Assembly: GCF_001194135.2 (NCBI RefSeq)
Contig: NC_068984.1
Coordinates: 124,057,071-124,121,070 of the forward strand
Reading direction: 5' to 3'
From: Octopus bimaculoides
Lineage: Eukaryota
Length of the DNA stretch: 64,000 bases
Each line of letters begins with the position of its first letter. The stretch's first letter is position 1. The position numbers and the translations under genes are program-made. Under the pieces are notes generated by a model. It saw nothing but the letters and a program-made list of their open reading frames with translations. It did no database searches and had not been told where the DNA came from. Positions 26,715 to 39,956 of this stretch are shown piece by piece.

Positions 26715-26873
26715 TCCTCAATTCCAATTACCTTGATATTCCTGTTGATAACTTCTGATTCTACACGTGGGGTCAGATCCATCTTTAAGGATGTTTGCAA
26801 GGTAGTTTCTGGTAGGTAAGTTCTGATCTTGCGCTGCAATAACAGAACCTTCTGTTTCTTTTTTCAGACCTGT

Positions 26874-26876
<3 letters not shown>
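26715..26876 (-). mobile_element. R4/Dong-like fragment upstream of the zinc knuckle
   Basis: GLKKETEGSVIAAQDQNLPTRNYLANILKDGSDPTCR. Confidence 0.85.
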
Positions 26877-26910
<34 letters not shown>

Positions 26911-27429
26911 AGTAGTAGTAGTAGTAGTGGTAGTGGGCTATTTTTAGCCATAAAACAAATAATGTGACATTATGAAGCATATGACGGACGGACAATCTAT
27001 CCCTTGAAGATCTACCGCAAACGAACTCATACAAACACATCCAATCACATACACACACATACAGACATCAATCTAAATAACTACACACACACACACACAC
27101 ACAGGGATATACACTTACACGCACGCACACTGGCTTCTTCCTGACGCAATATAGAGAAACCCTTATTTCTGTATGACTAGTGTAGGGGACATTATGGTTT
27201 ATGTCCACTTTGCATTGTTGTCACTTTGTTGATTCATCAGGGAGAGAAATATGTTAAATACGTTAATAATTTATGGCGATGGCGGTGTTAAAGAGGTTGC
27301 ACGTACGAAGTGTGACGTTGGGACGGTAGCGGTATCACTGGCAAAAAAAAAAGAACATTCACAGCGCCATTGTTTTCTTTTAAAATGTTTCATCTTCTTT
27401 ACACAGCCACCACCGCTAAAAGGGAAACC

Positions 27430-27478
<49 letters not shown>

Positions 27479-27528
27479 TCAATAATGATAATAATAATAA
27501 TAATATCAATAATAATAATAATAATATC

Positions 27529-27577
<49 letters not shown>

Positions 27578-27579
27578 TC

Positions 27580-27625
<46 letters not shown>

Positions 27626-27627
27626 TC

Positions 27628-27661
<34 letters not shown>

Positions 27662-27702
27662 TCAATAATAATAATAATAATAATAAATAATAATAATATC
27701 AA

Positions 27703-27735
<33 letters not shown>

Positions 27736-27941
27736 GCGCTGCCGTCTCTCAATCAGTAATAATAACGATAACAGCAACAATAATAAATATTAATGTCGCA
27801 TAATCAGTAGCTGAACGTTACTAAATAACAAAAATAATAAATAATAAATAATAAATAACAAATAAATAGAAGCAAAACTGCTATAAAAATGTGGCGTTCA
27901 TCGATTTTTTGTAATGATGATGATGGTAATAATAACGATAA

Positions 27942-28020
<79 letters not shown>

Positions 28021-28040
28021 AAGGACAGCAACAATAATAA
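27430..28040. repeat. (AAT)n arrays with ATC interruptions plus (ACT)n
   Basis: Direct reading. Confidence 0.97.
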
Positions 28041-28788
28041 TTGCTTTTGTGGTCTTAAAAATAGTTTACACTGTACTCATTGGTCTTTAAATCTTCCTTT
28101 TGGAGTATCTTCCTTTCTTTTTTACTTTAAAGACATACACACTCTCTCTTTCTCTCTCTCACGCTTACTTTCCCTCTCTCTATGGAGAGAGAGAGAGAGT
28201 GAGAGAGAGGGTGATAGAGAGAGGGTGAGAGAGAGGGTGAGAGAGAAAGTAAGAGAGTGAGAGAGAGAGTGAAAGAGATAAAGAGAAAGAGATGGAGACC
28301 TTGGTTAAGGTCGATCAGACCAAATATTTCAAAAACAATATTGAACTGTACTCACGAAGGATATTTTAACAAAATGTATCTTAAATGCACTTAAACCAAC
28401 TCAAACGTGCCAAAAAAAAAAAAAAATTGCAAGCACAGCCCATTACATGTTATTTCAGTGTCAGTCATGTTGTCTCTTTAGAACATTTGAATGTGAAACG
28501 AAATAAAGATTGTACGCTACATAATGACGATCAGAAATGTTGAAGAAAAATTTAAGTACACTTTTAAAATATGCTTTCATTATATTCTTTTAAAAACACA
28601 ATCGTTGATGAAGACTCTTCACAAGGTAAATTTAGAACATAAATTTTCACTGTAGTATGCGCATTTATTTTTAGTATAACAGACTATAAAAATCTCTTGT
28701 ATGAATGTAGTTTCATTCAACACCCACATACATGTATTTACGTGTAATGCGAGTGTGGCTGTGTTATATATATACATATATATATATA

Positions 28789-28825
<37 letters not shown>

Positions 28826-29256
28826 ATAGACAGATAAAGAGAGAGAAAGTGAGACTGATATATATATATATTAGTCAAAATATACTGTATTTTAGATCCA
28901 TTTCCGCTGTTCATATTAATCGGTTTCGTACTGGGAACTAAAACCGGATGTTACATAATATCACAGTTGATACTGCGTGCTCTTCAGTGGTGTGAGATAT
29001 GAAAAAAAAAATAATGCGTTCTATACTTTTTTCCATACCTGCCGTCTCTGCTGAGTACGCTGTGTTACTTAACGTTGCTGTTATTTAACGCCGTCTGTAG
29101 TACTCGTTGCGAAGCCGATGGATAAGATTTGCGATAATAGAAATATAATGGTGTGTACTTTGTTTAATGTGCCCATTCTATTGAGAAATATAGGAGTGCA
29201 TCTTTTTCCTGACTTGTGGATTCCTATACGACTATATAAATATATGTAAAGGGGAG

Positions 29257-29294
<38 letters not shown>

Positions 29295-29711
29295 NNNNNN
29301 NNNNNNNNNNNNNNNNNNNNNNNNNNNNNNNNNNNNNNNNNNNNNNNNNNNNNNNNNNNNNNNNNNNNNNNNNNNNNNNNNNNNNNNNNNNNNNNNNNNN
29401 NNNNNNNNNNNNNNNNNNNNNNNNNNNNNNNNNNNNNNNNNNNNNNNNNNNNNNNNNNNNNNNNNNNNNNNNNNNNNNNNNNNNNNNNNNNNNNNNNNNN
29501 NNNNNNNNNNNNNNNNNNNNNNNNNNNNNNNNNNNNNNNNNNNNNNNNNNNNNNNNNNNNNNNNNNNNNNNNNNNNNNNNNNNNNNNNNNNNNNNNNNNN
29601 NNNNNNNNNNNNNNNNNNNNNNNNNNNNNNNNNNNNNNNNNNNNNNNNNNNNNNNNNNNNNNNNNNNNNNNNNNNNNNNNNNNNNNNNNNNNNNNNNNNN
29701 NNNNNNNNNNN

Positions 29712-29932
29712 ACGCCAGTCCATCGCAGCGTTACTCAAGAAACAGGAAGCAAGAGTGAGAGAAAGTTGGGGCGAAAGAGTACAACAGGGGTCACCACCAC
29801 CCCCTGCCGGAGCTTCGTGGAGCTTTTAGGTGTTTTCGCTCAATAAACACACACAACGCCCGGTCTGGGAATCGAAACCGCGATCCTCCGAACGCGAGTC
29901 CGCTGCCCTAACCAGTGGGCCATTGCGCCTCA
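29712..29932 (-). mobile_element. tRNA-derived SINE (GTGGAGGCGCAATGGCCCAGTGG family)
   Basis: Reverse complement of the 37630-37830 copy. Confidence 0.9.
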
Positions 29933-32138
29933 ACAAATCCATTCCATACTTCATCAATATTTGATTTCGTCCTAAGGATTTGAAAAGCAAAGATTACCTT
30001 AGCGTGATTTGAATTCAGAAAGTAAAGTAACTGAAGATTTTTCCAAGTAGCCTACGGCGGAATTTGAACTCGGAATGCAAACCATCCAGTCCAAAGTTCT
30101 TACAGCTTCACCAGTGCATCTCTTTGGAATGGTACTGTTTTATCGGTTCCGAAGTAATAAACAGTAAAAATTACCTCGGCGGGATTTGGACTCAAAATGA
30201 GGTGAGTTAGAACAAATATCACGGTCTGATATCAATTCTCCTGTATATAATCACTCAGTCTACTAGAAACAGCAACCAAATATCCCTCACATTACAACAA
30301 AGCAAAGTAATAAAGGAATGACTTACTTAATAATAAAGTTCTAGATACATAACGCCTTAAGATGGAATGGTCATATTGGAGTGTCTTTGATACTAGGTCT
30401 ATTAGCTCATGATTTAGCAACCAAATGACCCTTAAGCTATAACCTAATATCTTAAAGAAAGAAAGATATACTGGATAATTATGTCCAAAATACGGTCAAA
30501 AATATAAAATGGGATGGTCATAACTAGAACAACTTTGGTTATAGATCTAATTCATTAGGGCTGACCAAAAGCTGAACAAAACACCAATAACCATAACAAC
30601 ACTTATTTCCTTCATCAAAAGAAATTTCAGATATTCGCATTTCTCTGCTTGTGACCCTTGAATTTATATAATTACATAACTGACGCCATCTTTCTTTTCG
30701 AATATCACCCTTTGAAACACTAGATATAAATCTGGTTAGAAGCTTAGCGTATCAAAGCACGTTTATTTCTCTATTCCTCGCAGCTTAGATTACAAACCTT
30801 TTTGTTCTTAGCTTTATTGATTTCTTTTTAAAACAATTCCGATATGCCAATCGGAAACATCACTTAAAGAACGTCCCAGTGGATCTGTGATGCAGTTGTA
30901 TCCTCCTTCTCACTAATCAAATACGCAGTCGAAATAAATATTTTCTTTCATTCTCTTACATTCTATTATACGTGGAAGTTGTATTTCTATCTCCTCGCTT
31001 CTTGTGTCCTTTTCTTTTGTCATTTACAGTTAATACGATTTTGTGGACGAAAGCTGATTAGTCGAGAAGTGTTCTTGACGAGTCGAGTTCGAGATCTTTT
31101 ACAGTCCCAGTCATAAAAGTTCCGTTATTCCCATTTATTACTCATAGACCTATATTACACCTCCGCGTTCGAAATACGATGAAGTTGACATTGCTTTTCA
31201 TTGTCGATGAAATAACTTCTAATAATCAACAAGGACAGTTATATNNNNNNNNNNNNNNNNNNNNNNNNNNNNNNNNNNNNNNNNNNNNNNNNNNNNNNNN
31301 NNNNNNNNNNNNNNNNNNNNNNNNNNNNNNNNNNNNNNNNNNNNNNNNNNNNNNNNNNNNNNNNNNNNNNNNNNNNNNNNNNNNNNNNNNNNNNNNNNNN
31401 NNNNNNNNNNNNNNNNNNNNNNNNNNNNNNNNNNNNNNNNNNNNNNNNNNNNNNNNNNNNNNNNNNNNNNNNNNNNNNNNNNNNNNNNNNNNNNNNNNNN
31501 NNNNNNNNNNNNNNNNNNNNNNNNNNNNNNNNNNNNNNNNNNNNNNNNNNNNNNNNNNNNNNNNNNNNNNNNNNNNNNNNNNNNNNNNNNNNNNNNNNNN
31601 NNNNNNNNNNNNNNNNNNNNNNNNNNNNNNNNNNNNNNNNNNNNNNNNNNNNNNNNNNNNNNNNNNNNNNNNNNNNNNNNNNNNNNNNNNNNNNNNNNNN
31701 NNNNNNNNNNNNNNNNNNNNNNNNNNNNNNNNNNNNNNNNNNNNNNNNNNNNNNNNNNNNNNNNNNNNNNNNNNNNNNNNNNNNNNNNNNNNNNNNNNNN
31801 NNNNNNNNNNNNNNNNNNNNNNNNNNNNNNNNNNNNNNNNNNNNNNNNNNNNNNNNNNNNNNNNNNNNNNNNNNNNNNNNNNNNNNNNNNNNNNNNNNNN
31901 NNNNNNNNNNNNNNNNNNNNNNNNNNNNNNNNNNNNNNNNNNNNNNNNNNNNNNNNNNNNNNNNNNNNNNNNNNNNNNNNNNNNNNNNNNNNNNNNNNNN
32001 NNNNNNNNNNNNNNNNNNNNNNNNNNNNNNNNNNNNNNNNNNNNNNNNNNNNNNNNNNNNNNNNNNNNNNNNNNNNNNNNNNNNNNNNNNNNNNNNNNNN
32101 NNNNNNNNNNNNNNNNNNNNNNNNNNNNNNNNNNNNNN

Positions 32139-32182
<44 letters not shown>

Positions 32183-32183
<1 letters not shown>

Positions 32184-32330
32184 TACGACGGGCTTCTTTC
32201 AGTTTCCGTTTACCAAATCCACTTACAAGGCTTTGGTCGGCCCAAGGCTATAGTAGAAGACACTTGCCCAAGGTGCCACGCAGTGAGAACTGAACCCGGA
32301 ACCATGTGGTTCGTAAGCAGGCTACTTAAT
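32183..32330 (-). mobile_element. SINE (GGCTG.GTGGTAAG.AGCTTGCTT family) 5' part
   Basis: Reverse complement of the 46953-47112 copy. Confidence 0.88.
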
Positions 32331-32383
32331 TCTTTAAATTTTTTTAATTGTTTCAGCTTTCAAGCTGCGGTCATGCTGGAGCA

Positions 32384-32570
32384 TACAACATTGGTGACAT
32401 GAATATTCTCTGTAATTATTGTGAAGCGTTTAGATTTATAAATGAAACTCTGAAGTGCTGAGAGAATGGAAAAGTCATGCTCCCTCAATTCCAACCTTAT
32501 CCAGAAGAACTGAAAGATGTTTTTAAATGAAAATAATGCAAAATATACAATTTTGAAAGAAACATAAATT
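32384..32570 (+). mobile_element. Helitron Rep/Hel N-terminal fragment
   Basis: YNIGDMNILCNYCEAFRFINETLKC*ENGKVMLPQFQPYPEELKDVF matches the Helitron G.M...C..C.A.....E....CC..GKV.LP....PEEL motif. Confidence 0.8.
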
Positions 32571-33106
32571 TTTATGGTTCTATATAAACTTCCAACTATC
32601 TAAAAAATGTTGTTTTTACTTTGGAATTTTCACGGGTGCTGCAAGTTACTGTTAATAAATTTTTAATCCTAATCCATAAAAGGGAACATTATAGAGAAAA
32701 CGGGAATTTTCTGAATCAACATTAGTCGCTCGATTGATTTGTAAATTACAGATGTGATGCGATACGAACCTTTTAAAGTCATTAATAAAGCCATTTTTCT
32801 ATCGTCAGTAACGTCTGTCTTCAAATAAAATTTTTTGCGCCAACACCTGGGGCAATAAACCACTCGAGCATGTCATTCTGTTAACCAATATGGGAACTGC
32901 TGAGGTGATATTGTTATATGATGATCACGACTGCAGCGTAGTAGTAGTAGGAGGAGGAGGAGGAGGAGTAGGAGTAGTAGTAGTAGTAGTAGTAGTAGAT
33001 ACTGCCTATGGAAGCTCTGCTGAAAATAGTCCTTACAAAATTTCGATTAATTTTCCCCATAATTGTACGGTTTCGTTTCCAGCTGTTAAAGATTATTCCC
33101 ATTCAG

Positions 33107-33290
33107 GGGCCTTTCGATTAAGTCGATTACATCGACCCCAGTGCGTAACTTGTACTTAATTTATCGACCCCCGAATGGATGAAAGGCAAAGTCGACCTCG
33201 GCGGAATTTGAACTCAGAACGTAATGGCAGAGGATATACCGCTAAGCATTTCGCCCGGATGCTAACGATTTTGCCAGCTCTCCTCTTTTA
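33107..33290 (-). mobile_element. tRNA-derived SINE (GGCGAGCTGGCAGAA family)
   Basis: Reverse complement of the 44118-44355 copy. Confidence 0.9.
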
Positions 33291-33574
33291 GAAACTGAAT
33301 ATTGAGAAATATATGCGGAAATAGTTTATCGGCACACGAAATATGACGACTGAAATTTATTTTAAAAGTAAATTAAGGCAAATTATAATCCTTTGGTAAA
33401 CGTATAACCATCATTATCACCTTAATGAACATAGTGAAATTGTTACGAAATTCGCCTCGCTAAGCCAAAGAAGGATTACAGTGAAATAGCGAGGCTAGGT
33501 TAGAAATTTGGGTCTATATAAAACTGAAACACAAATTCTAGAGATAATGAAAATAAGAAAAGGAAACAACTAAC

Positions 33575-33688
33575 CTGATATTTAAAAGACCCTTGGGTTG
33601 TGTGAATATATAATGTATTTTCAACTGGGCCAACCTGACGCGCTAGAAATACAGCATCAAATGTTGTGTTTCCTCCAGGAGGAACCAT
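33575..33688 (-). CDS. TMEM131: Internal coding exon of transmembrane protein 131 (MVPPGGNTTFDAVFLARQVGPVENTLYIHTTQGSFKYQ)
   Basis: Acceptor ttcttattctatctcttgCAG, donor CAG|GTTAGT, 114 nt, phase 0-0; closely matches human TMEM131 ILPGGNTSFDVVFLARVVGNVENTLFINTSNHGVFTYQ as recalled. Confidence 0.9.
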
Positions 33689-34214
33689 CTGCAAGAGATA
33701 GAATAAGAATTTATTACAAATCACAGATTCTACAAAGAAATAAAATATTAATTAATTTTCATTAATTCACTGAATGATAGTTTTAATTGACAAAAACAAA
33801 GTAATAATTATGTGATAGTGATGATAACCCAAAAAGGATACACGACTATAAAGATAGCTTTACAAGACCTAACTTTAAAATGCTAGCTAACTTTAAAATC
33901 CTGACTCAAACTGCAATGCGTGACATCTTCAATATATGTTTTTTGCTTTAGTTTCGGGATTACTCAAGTCTTGTGAATGAAATTAGTTAAACAGAAACTT
34001 TTGTGGGATTGTACTGGAAATTCAAATGAGCCAGGCTTATCACACCGATATTATGCTGATAATACTCTGATTCTGCCTGAGATGACACATATATGTGGAA
34101 TATACACATATAAGAATATCCAATGAGCGGGTGGTTTCTTTGATGACTCATCGTCGATAACAACGGAGACCCAGTTATCATTTATAACGCCATGTTGCTA
34201 TATCAATTACAAGT

Positions 34215-34335
34215 ACTAAGGTTGACGTTCACCCTTTCGGAATCAACAAAATATATACCATCTGAGTACTGGGGTCGATGTAATCAACCTAGTCCCTTCC
34301 CACAAAATTTCGAACCTTGTGCCTATAGTAGTACG
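34215..34335 (+). mobile_element. SINE 3' half (GGCGAGCTGGCAGAA family)
   Basis: ACTGGGGTCGATGTAATC core and CCTTGTGCCTATAGTAG tail followed by (TAC)n. Confidence 0.75.
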
Positions 34336-34336
34336 A

Positions 34337-34389
<53 letters not shown>

Positions 34390-34771
34390 ACCGAATATAT
34401 TACTATAATTACTATCACGATATAGAAAGCCTCTAGCTGGCTTTTCTCTCTGCTAGAAATAGAAAGCAGCTTCTCCTCAAATCTCATCCCTCAGTTTTGA
34501 AAAAATGAAACGAAACGCTGTATAACAGCCTTGCAGACAAATAACGAGAAAGTGATTCCAGAAACACTTTTGATCATAGGTCTGCGTGATCAGGTTCAAC
34601 CTAGGGCTAAACGGTAACGACAATTACACCTAAGTTATCATCGCAACAGTCAAAAATAAGATGACAACTACAACGACAATCACCATGGCTGTGGTAACCA
34701 TTGTAAACGCCATCAAAGATAGCTACTTACACTGTGCAGCTAACTACAACAACAACAACAACAACAACAGC

Positions 34772-34814
<43 letters not shown>

Positions 34815-34972
34815 GCAACAACAACAACCACCATAATAATACCGTTGTAGTTAGTTTTTCAACGACCTTAAATCACTAATTCTATAGCTGTCACCATATC
34901 TGCAATCTCACTACTACTACTACTATTACTCCTACTACTACTACCACCACCACCACCACCATCACCACCACT

Positions 34973-35004
<32 letters not shown>

Positions 35005-35017
35005 CACCACCACCACC

Positions 35018-35083
<66 letters not shown>

Positions 35084-35225
35084 AACGTCGCTACTACGTC
35101 GTATTGTGTAGATATGAGGCCACCATGCTGTGACCACAAATCCTCAAATCCCCAGAACACCCTGCACCAACACCACCACCACCACCACCACCACCACCAC
35201 CACCACTACCCACACCACCACCACA
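34330..35225. repeat. Compound trinucleotide microsatellites (TAC, AAC, CAC, GAC, TGC)
   Basis: Direct reading. Confidence 0.93.
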
Positions 35226-35692
35226 TCCTATCGCTGTAATTTGACCCTTTCGTCATCCTTTCTACGTTGTCCCATCGCTCCTCTTGGGAGAAGGCAGATT
35301 ACCCTCCATATCACTGTTTTAATCAGTAATAAATCGATATTGTTGTTTGATCACTGGTTGTATCATTGTCGTCACTGTGGAAATGACATGGCTGGGTGGT
35401 AACGTGATGGGATTTAGAAAGCAAAAACAAAATGCAAAAGAGAGAAGAGAAAGAGAGGGGGAGGAAGAGCAGGAGAGAGGGAGAGAGAGAGAAAGAAAGA
35501 AGGAAATATACGGGGAGGTGTGCACGTGTTAAGACAAGTAGTAAAAAAAAATACGATTCTAGTGTATGTGCATGGGTGTTGGCTGCTGTGGTAGTTGTAG
35601 TAGTAATAAAGTTGCGGATGTAGTGCTGGGATAGTGGTGGATATTGTGGTAGTACAATGTAGTTTGTAGTGGCATTGTAAGGTTGGATACCA

Positions 35693-35820
35693 AAGGCGGT
35701 GAGCTGGCAGTATCATTAGCATGCTGGGCAAAATGCTTGGTGGTATTTCGTCCGTCTTTACATTCTGAGTTCAAATTCCGCCGAGGTCGACTTTGCTTTT
35801 CATCATTTTGGGGTTGATAA
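35693..35820 (+). mobile_element. SINE 5' part (GGCGAGCTGGCAGAA family)
   Basis: A/B-box head; 3'-truncated. Confidence 0.85.
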
Positions 35821-36285
35821 AGACAAGACCACTAACAAGTTTTTTTTTGGTTGGGTATGTTGAATACTGTGACAATGGTTGAGGTAGATTATGACATCAC
35901 GCACACATATACAGAATATAAAATCTACGCTACTATAAACACCCACACACACACATATATATATATAAATTTAAATAACAAGGGTAAAAAATTGAATATT
36001 AAATGTAATTGGTAGAACTATATACATGTTCAATCTCATGCGGACGTCTCGTGTATAGTTCTGCAGGTTATATTGCAAAGGACGATCATACTGAAGAATT
36101 GCAGACAATTACGTAAGTAATTACGTAAGTAGTTGACAACGAAACCAGTCTATGACTAATTCTTTATATTTTGTATCTTTTCATTTGTCTTGCTCGGTTA
36201 CGTTCTGAATTTTCTTGAGAACAATCTTTTCTTAGTGGTCAGACCGTAGGTGGTCTTCTTCTAGCAAAAAGGATGTCCACTTAGT

Positions 36286-36388
<103 letters not shown>

Positions 36389-37629
36389 AACCATTTCACA
36401 CATATATATGAAATTACTTCGCGATTTTTTACTCGGCGCTTGATGTTATGTTATATTAATATTTATTGAATTCATATTCTAAATTTACATAAATCATCTG
36501 AGATTGACTAGAACATTTGTCCTTCCAAGATTAGTAAAAATATATACCAGTTAAATACTGGTATCGATATACTCTATCAAGCTCTTGTACAAACTTGTGA
36601 CCAATTTCAGCAATCAATATTTATAAGGACAATTGTGGATTAGCCGACTCCACAGATACTAATCTTCAATCCTGAAAAACGGTTGTAGATTGTAGAGCGG
36701 TGGAAAAAAGCGAATTTCAAGATTTTCTACTAAATTGATGTATCGCAACAAATGATTGGTTTGATTCTCGTGGCCGGTTCTTTGCTCATTTTCCCATCTT
36801 GACATTGTGCTTGCACGGTTATAATTTTCTTTAATGTTCACACACACACACACACACACACTTGCAATATGTCTTTCTATTCTGATATGCAAAATGCAAC
36901 AATTTTTTATTTTTGTTCCTCGTAAATAAGGCCTAACCGATCGAATAAATCTTGGGAAGAGAATTAAGAGAACTCATTGACAAGAATGTGGTACAAGTGA
37001 ATCGAAATTCTCGATTTTCATTGACGTATCAGCGAAAGGAAAAAGTAGGAGGTAAAGGCACAAACGCACCATTAACACATATATGTATATACATGAATAC
37101 ACACATAACATCAAATATGAATATATACATATATAGCACGCATTCCACTCAAACAAACATATACCGTGTGCAAAACAACATATTCTATTTACACTAATGT
37201 ATCAAACATCTCTGTTTGTTTAACCATAACTATACAGTCGCCATTTTGTTTACACACACTCGTGGCCACCAGCTTGTCAAAACATGCCACTTCGACTAAC
37301 ATTTAACCTCTAACCTCTGCTTACAACTGAAATGTCCGTACAATAAATATAAGACGAATATTTTCATGAGTAGAGAGTTAGCAATTGAGCGTTTTTAAGT
37401 ATTAAGCATTATATTTATAAACAAATTGTATTCGAATGGTATTGCATGGTCACGGTTTGACAGTAGAGTGCTGTACTGATTGACTGTCAGTGACGATTAA
37501 TGGTTAAGAGTAATTAGCTACGTTCCAAACAAGGGATCGAATGAATAAACAAAGCTAGTTCATCTGTAGTTGATATTCTGGAATTATGTGCCATCTTGGT
37601 CAAATATAGTTTGCACACCTAAACACATT

Positions 37630-37830
37630 GTGGAGGCGCAATGGCCCAGTGGTTAGGGCAGCGGACTCGCGGTCATAAGATCGCGGATTCGATTCCCAGA
37701 CCGGGCGTTGTGAGTGTTTATTGAGCGAAAACACCTGAAGCTCCATGAGGTTCCGGCAGGAGATGGTGGCGACCCCTGCTGTACTCTTCCACCACAACTT
37801 TCTCTCACTCTTACTTCCTGTTTCTGTTGT
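37630..37830 (+). mobile_element. tRNA-derived SINE
   Basis: A box TGGCCCAGTGG, B box GGATTCGATTCCC. Confidence 0.92.
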
Positions 37831-39956
37831 GCCAGTAATATTTTCGTGTATACCAGAAATTACATTTTCCAACGTATCTTTCTTTATTCTAAATGATTGT
37901 CAGAGGGGTTTAGCTGTAAATTTTAGCAAATTGATCGACCGTGTAGACGCACCCTTTCTCATCGTCTCGGTTGATTTAATCGACTTTATTCACTTCACTT
38001 TCTCTGCGATCAGTCCGACAACTAACGTGTGGTATACCGTAACCCCTATTCAGGCAACGTCGATTTGATAGAGGGAGTGAGATTAATGTACTGCACATAC
38101 ATTTCATCTCTATAAACAAATCATTTGTGCAAGTAGTTCAGCTAAAGCTCAACACTCAACGGTTTTCGATTCCGTTGCGTAGCTTTTTGGGGAAAGCGTG
38201 TTGTCTTTTACTAGAAACTCGGTTCGATTCTGTTCGACATGACAGAAATTGTAAGGACGTCCGTCGAATGGTTTGTCTTTGTAAATGAAATATGGCCTTG
38301 TATATTTAGTCACATTGATTCTTCCATAAAGTTGCACTAATGATAAAAGTATCTCTGGAATACTCATCCACTTAAATGCTAGTTCAACAATATACCGTTT
38401 TATTGATAGAAAATCTGAAACACTCATCGCCGAAACCGATGAAAATCCATTTTACAAAAAGCTAAAAGAAATACAGAAAAAATATATTTAAGGAAGGATA
38501 GTCGAAGCTGGAACGCCTTTGACCATGTCTAGTAGATTGGCTGCATAAAAAGCAACAAAAACAACAATTTACGCACATCTCGACACGGCAATCCAGTGGA
38601 AGAAAACCGGAATGCAAATAAACACACGTGTCTCTGATGAGGTCAGAATGGTTTTGTTCTTATTGTTGATTGTTGTTGTCGCTAACTAAACATCGTAATA
38701 TGACAGTATCGTGTGAATTTCTGTTTAGGTTTGGTAATTGTGTTATTGTTGTTTGAACATTTGACATTGTTTGTACTGCAACATCATCTCGGTACTCCAG
38801 TCACCACCAGCACGGCCAGCACTAAGCAGCAGCACTGGCACCATCGCTACCACCAAAACCACAACCAAAACCAACACCACCACTACCACCACCACTACCA
38901 CTATCGCCGTCACTATGACCACCATTACCCTTATTACCGTCAAGGTCACCAACACTAACATTATGTCACCAAAACTACCCCCCGGCAAATTCCCATCTCT
39001 ATCACCTCACCACCACCACCACCACCACCATAATCGCTACCACTACCACTGCCTTCACCACTACAATCCCTAGTATCGCCATTACCGCTACCACCACTAC
39101 CATTGTGACCATCGTGGTGGCTACCACCAGTGTCACTATAACCAATACCACCGTCACTAGTACTAAATTACCATCACCACCAACACCAACACCAACACCA
39201 CGACCACCATCAGTACCATGACCACCACCACCTTCATCAACATCATCAAAACAGCCACCACTACGACCTTCACTGAGACACGAACTAATGCACATGTTTT
39301 CCATACACCTATCAACCTTATCAGTAAATATATATGCATAATACACACACGCGCGCGTGACACACATACACACATGTACACACACTATATATGATTGTAT
39401 TCACACACACAAAGACAGGGTGGTTACGTAGATAGAAAGAGAGAGAAGGAGGGAAAAGAGTCACATACATGCACACAAAGATGGAGAGTTGCATATCTGG
39501 ATAAAATGAAAGGGGGAGAGAGGAGTGAGGCAGGCAGACTGACAAAGAGATAAAAGGGGAATGAGTGACGGGAGGAGGAAGAAGAGGAGGGTAGTTATTT
39601 GATTTAGCATAGCAACGAATTGTCATAGGTCAACTTTGACCTTTCAAATGTGCTTAAACTAAGAGGAACTGGAAAATAAAGTCTAGAGCATCCTTCTGCT
39701 TGCGTTAATCTTGTAGAAAAATACCGAAGACGCAATAACAAAAACAACCTGCAAAGAGGAAGAAATTCACCTGAGATGATCGGTGAGGTGGGCCGCATGA
39801 AAAGAAAAAGAAGAAAAAGAAGAACAACGTTATGTAAGAGATGTGGAGATTAGAATTTTTATATGAGACCAGGTTTAGTCCTGTCGGAGATAAAGTCATA
39901 GTTTGAAAGTGTATTAAACGAGGGCGGATGTGAATTACTACTGGATAAGGCTAACA

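Noticed and set aside
29040-29180. Signal-peptide-like MGTLNKVHTIIFLLSQILSIGFATSTTDGVK on the minus strand near a GTATGG donor
   Set aside because: In-frame stop before the donor; no homology recognised.
36067-36130. Plus-strand micro-exon candidate with a duplicated AATTACGTAAGT donor
   Set aside because: Only 46 nt, no recognisable product, and the context looks like a repeat.
36659-36760. LEIRFFPPLYNLQ resembling TMEM131 IRFEPPMLDF
   Set aside because: Weak splice sites, and the obligatory next exon (PVGMP...FFQ) was not found in the gap-free interval down to 33688; likely chance.
37630-37700. SINE heads as genuine tRNA genes
   Set aside because: They have A/B boxes but continue into SINE bodies and lack a complete cloverleaf.
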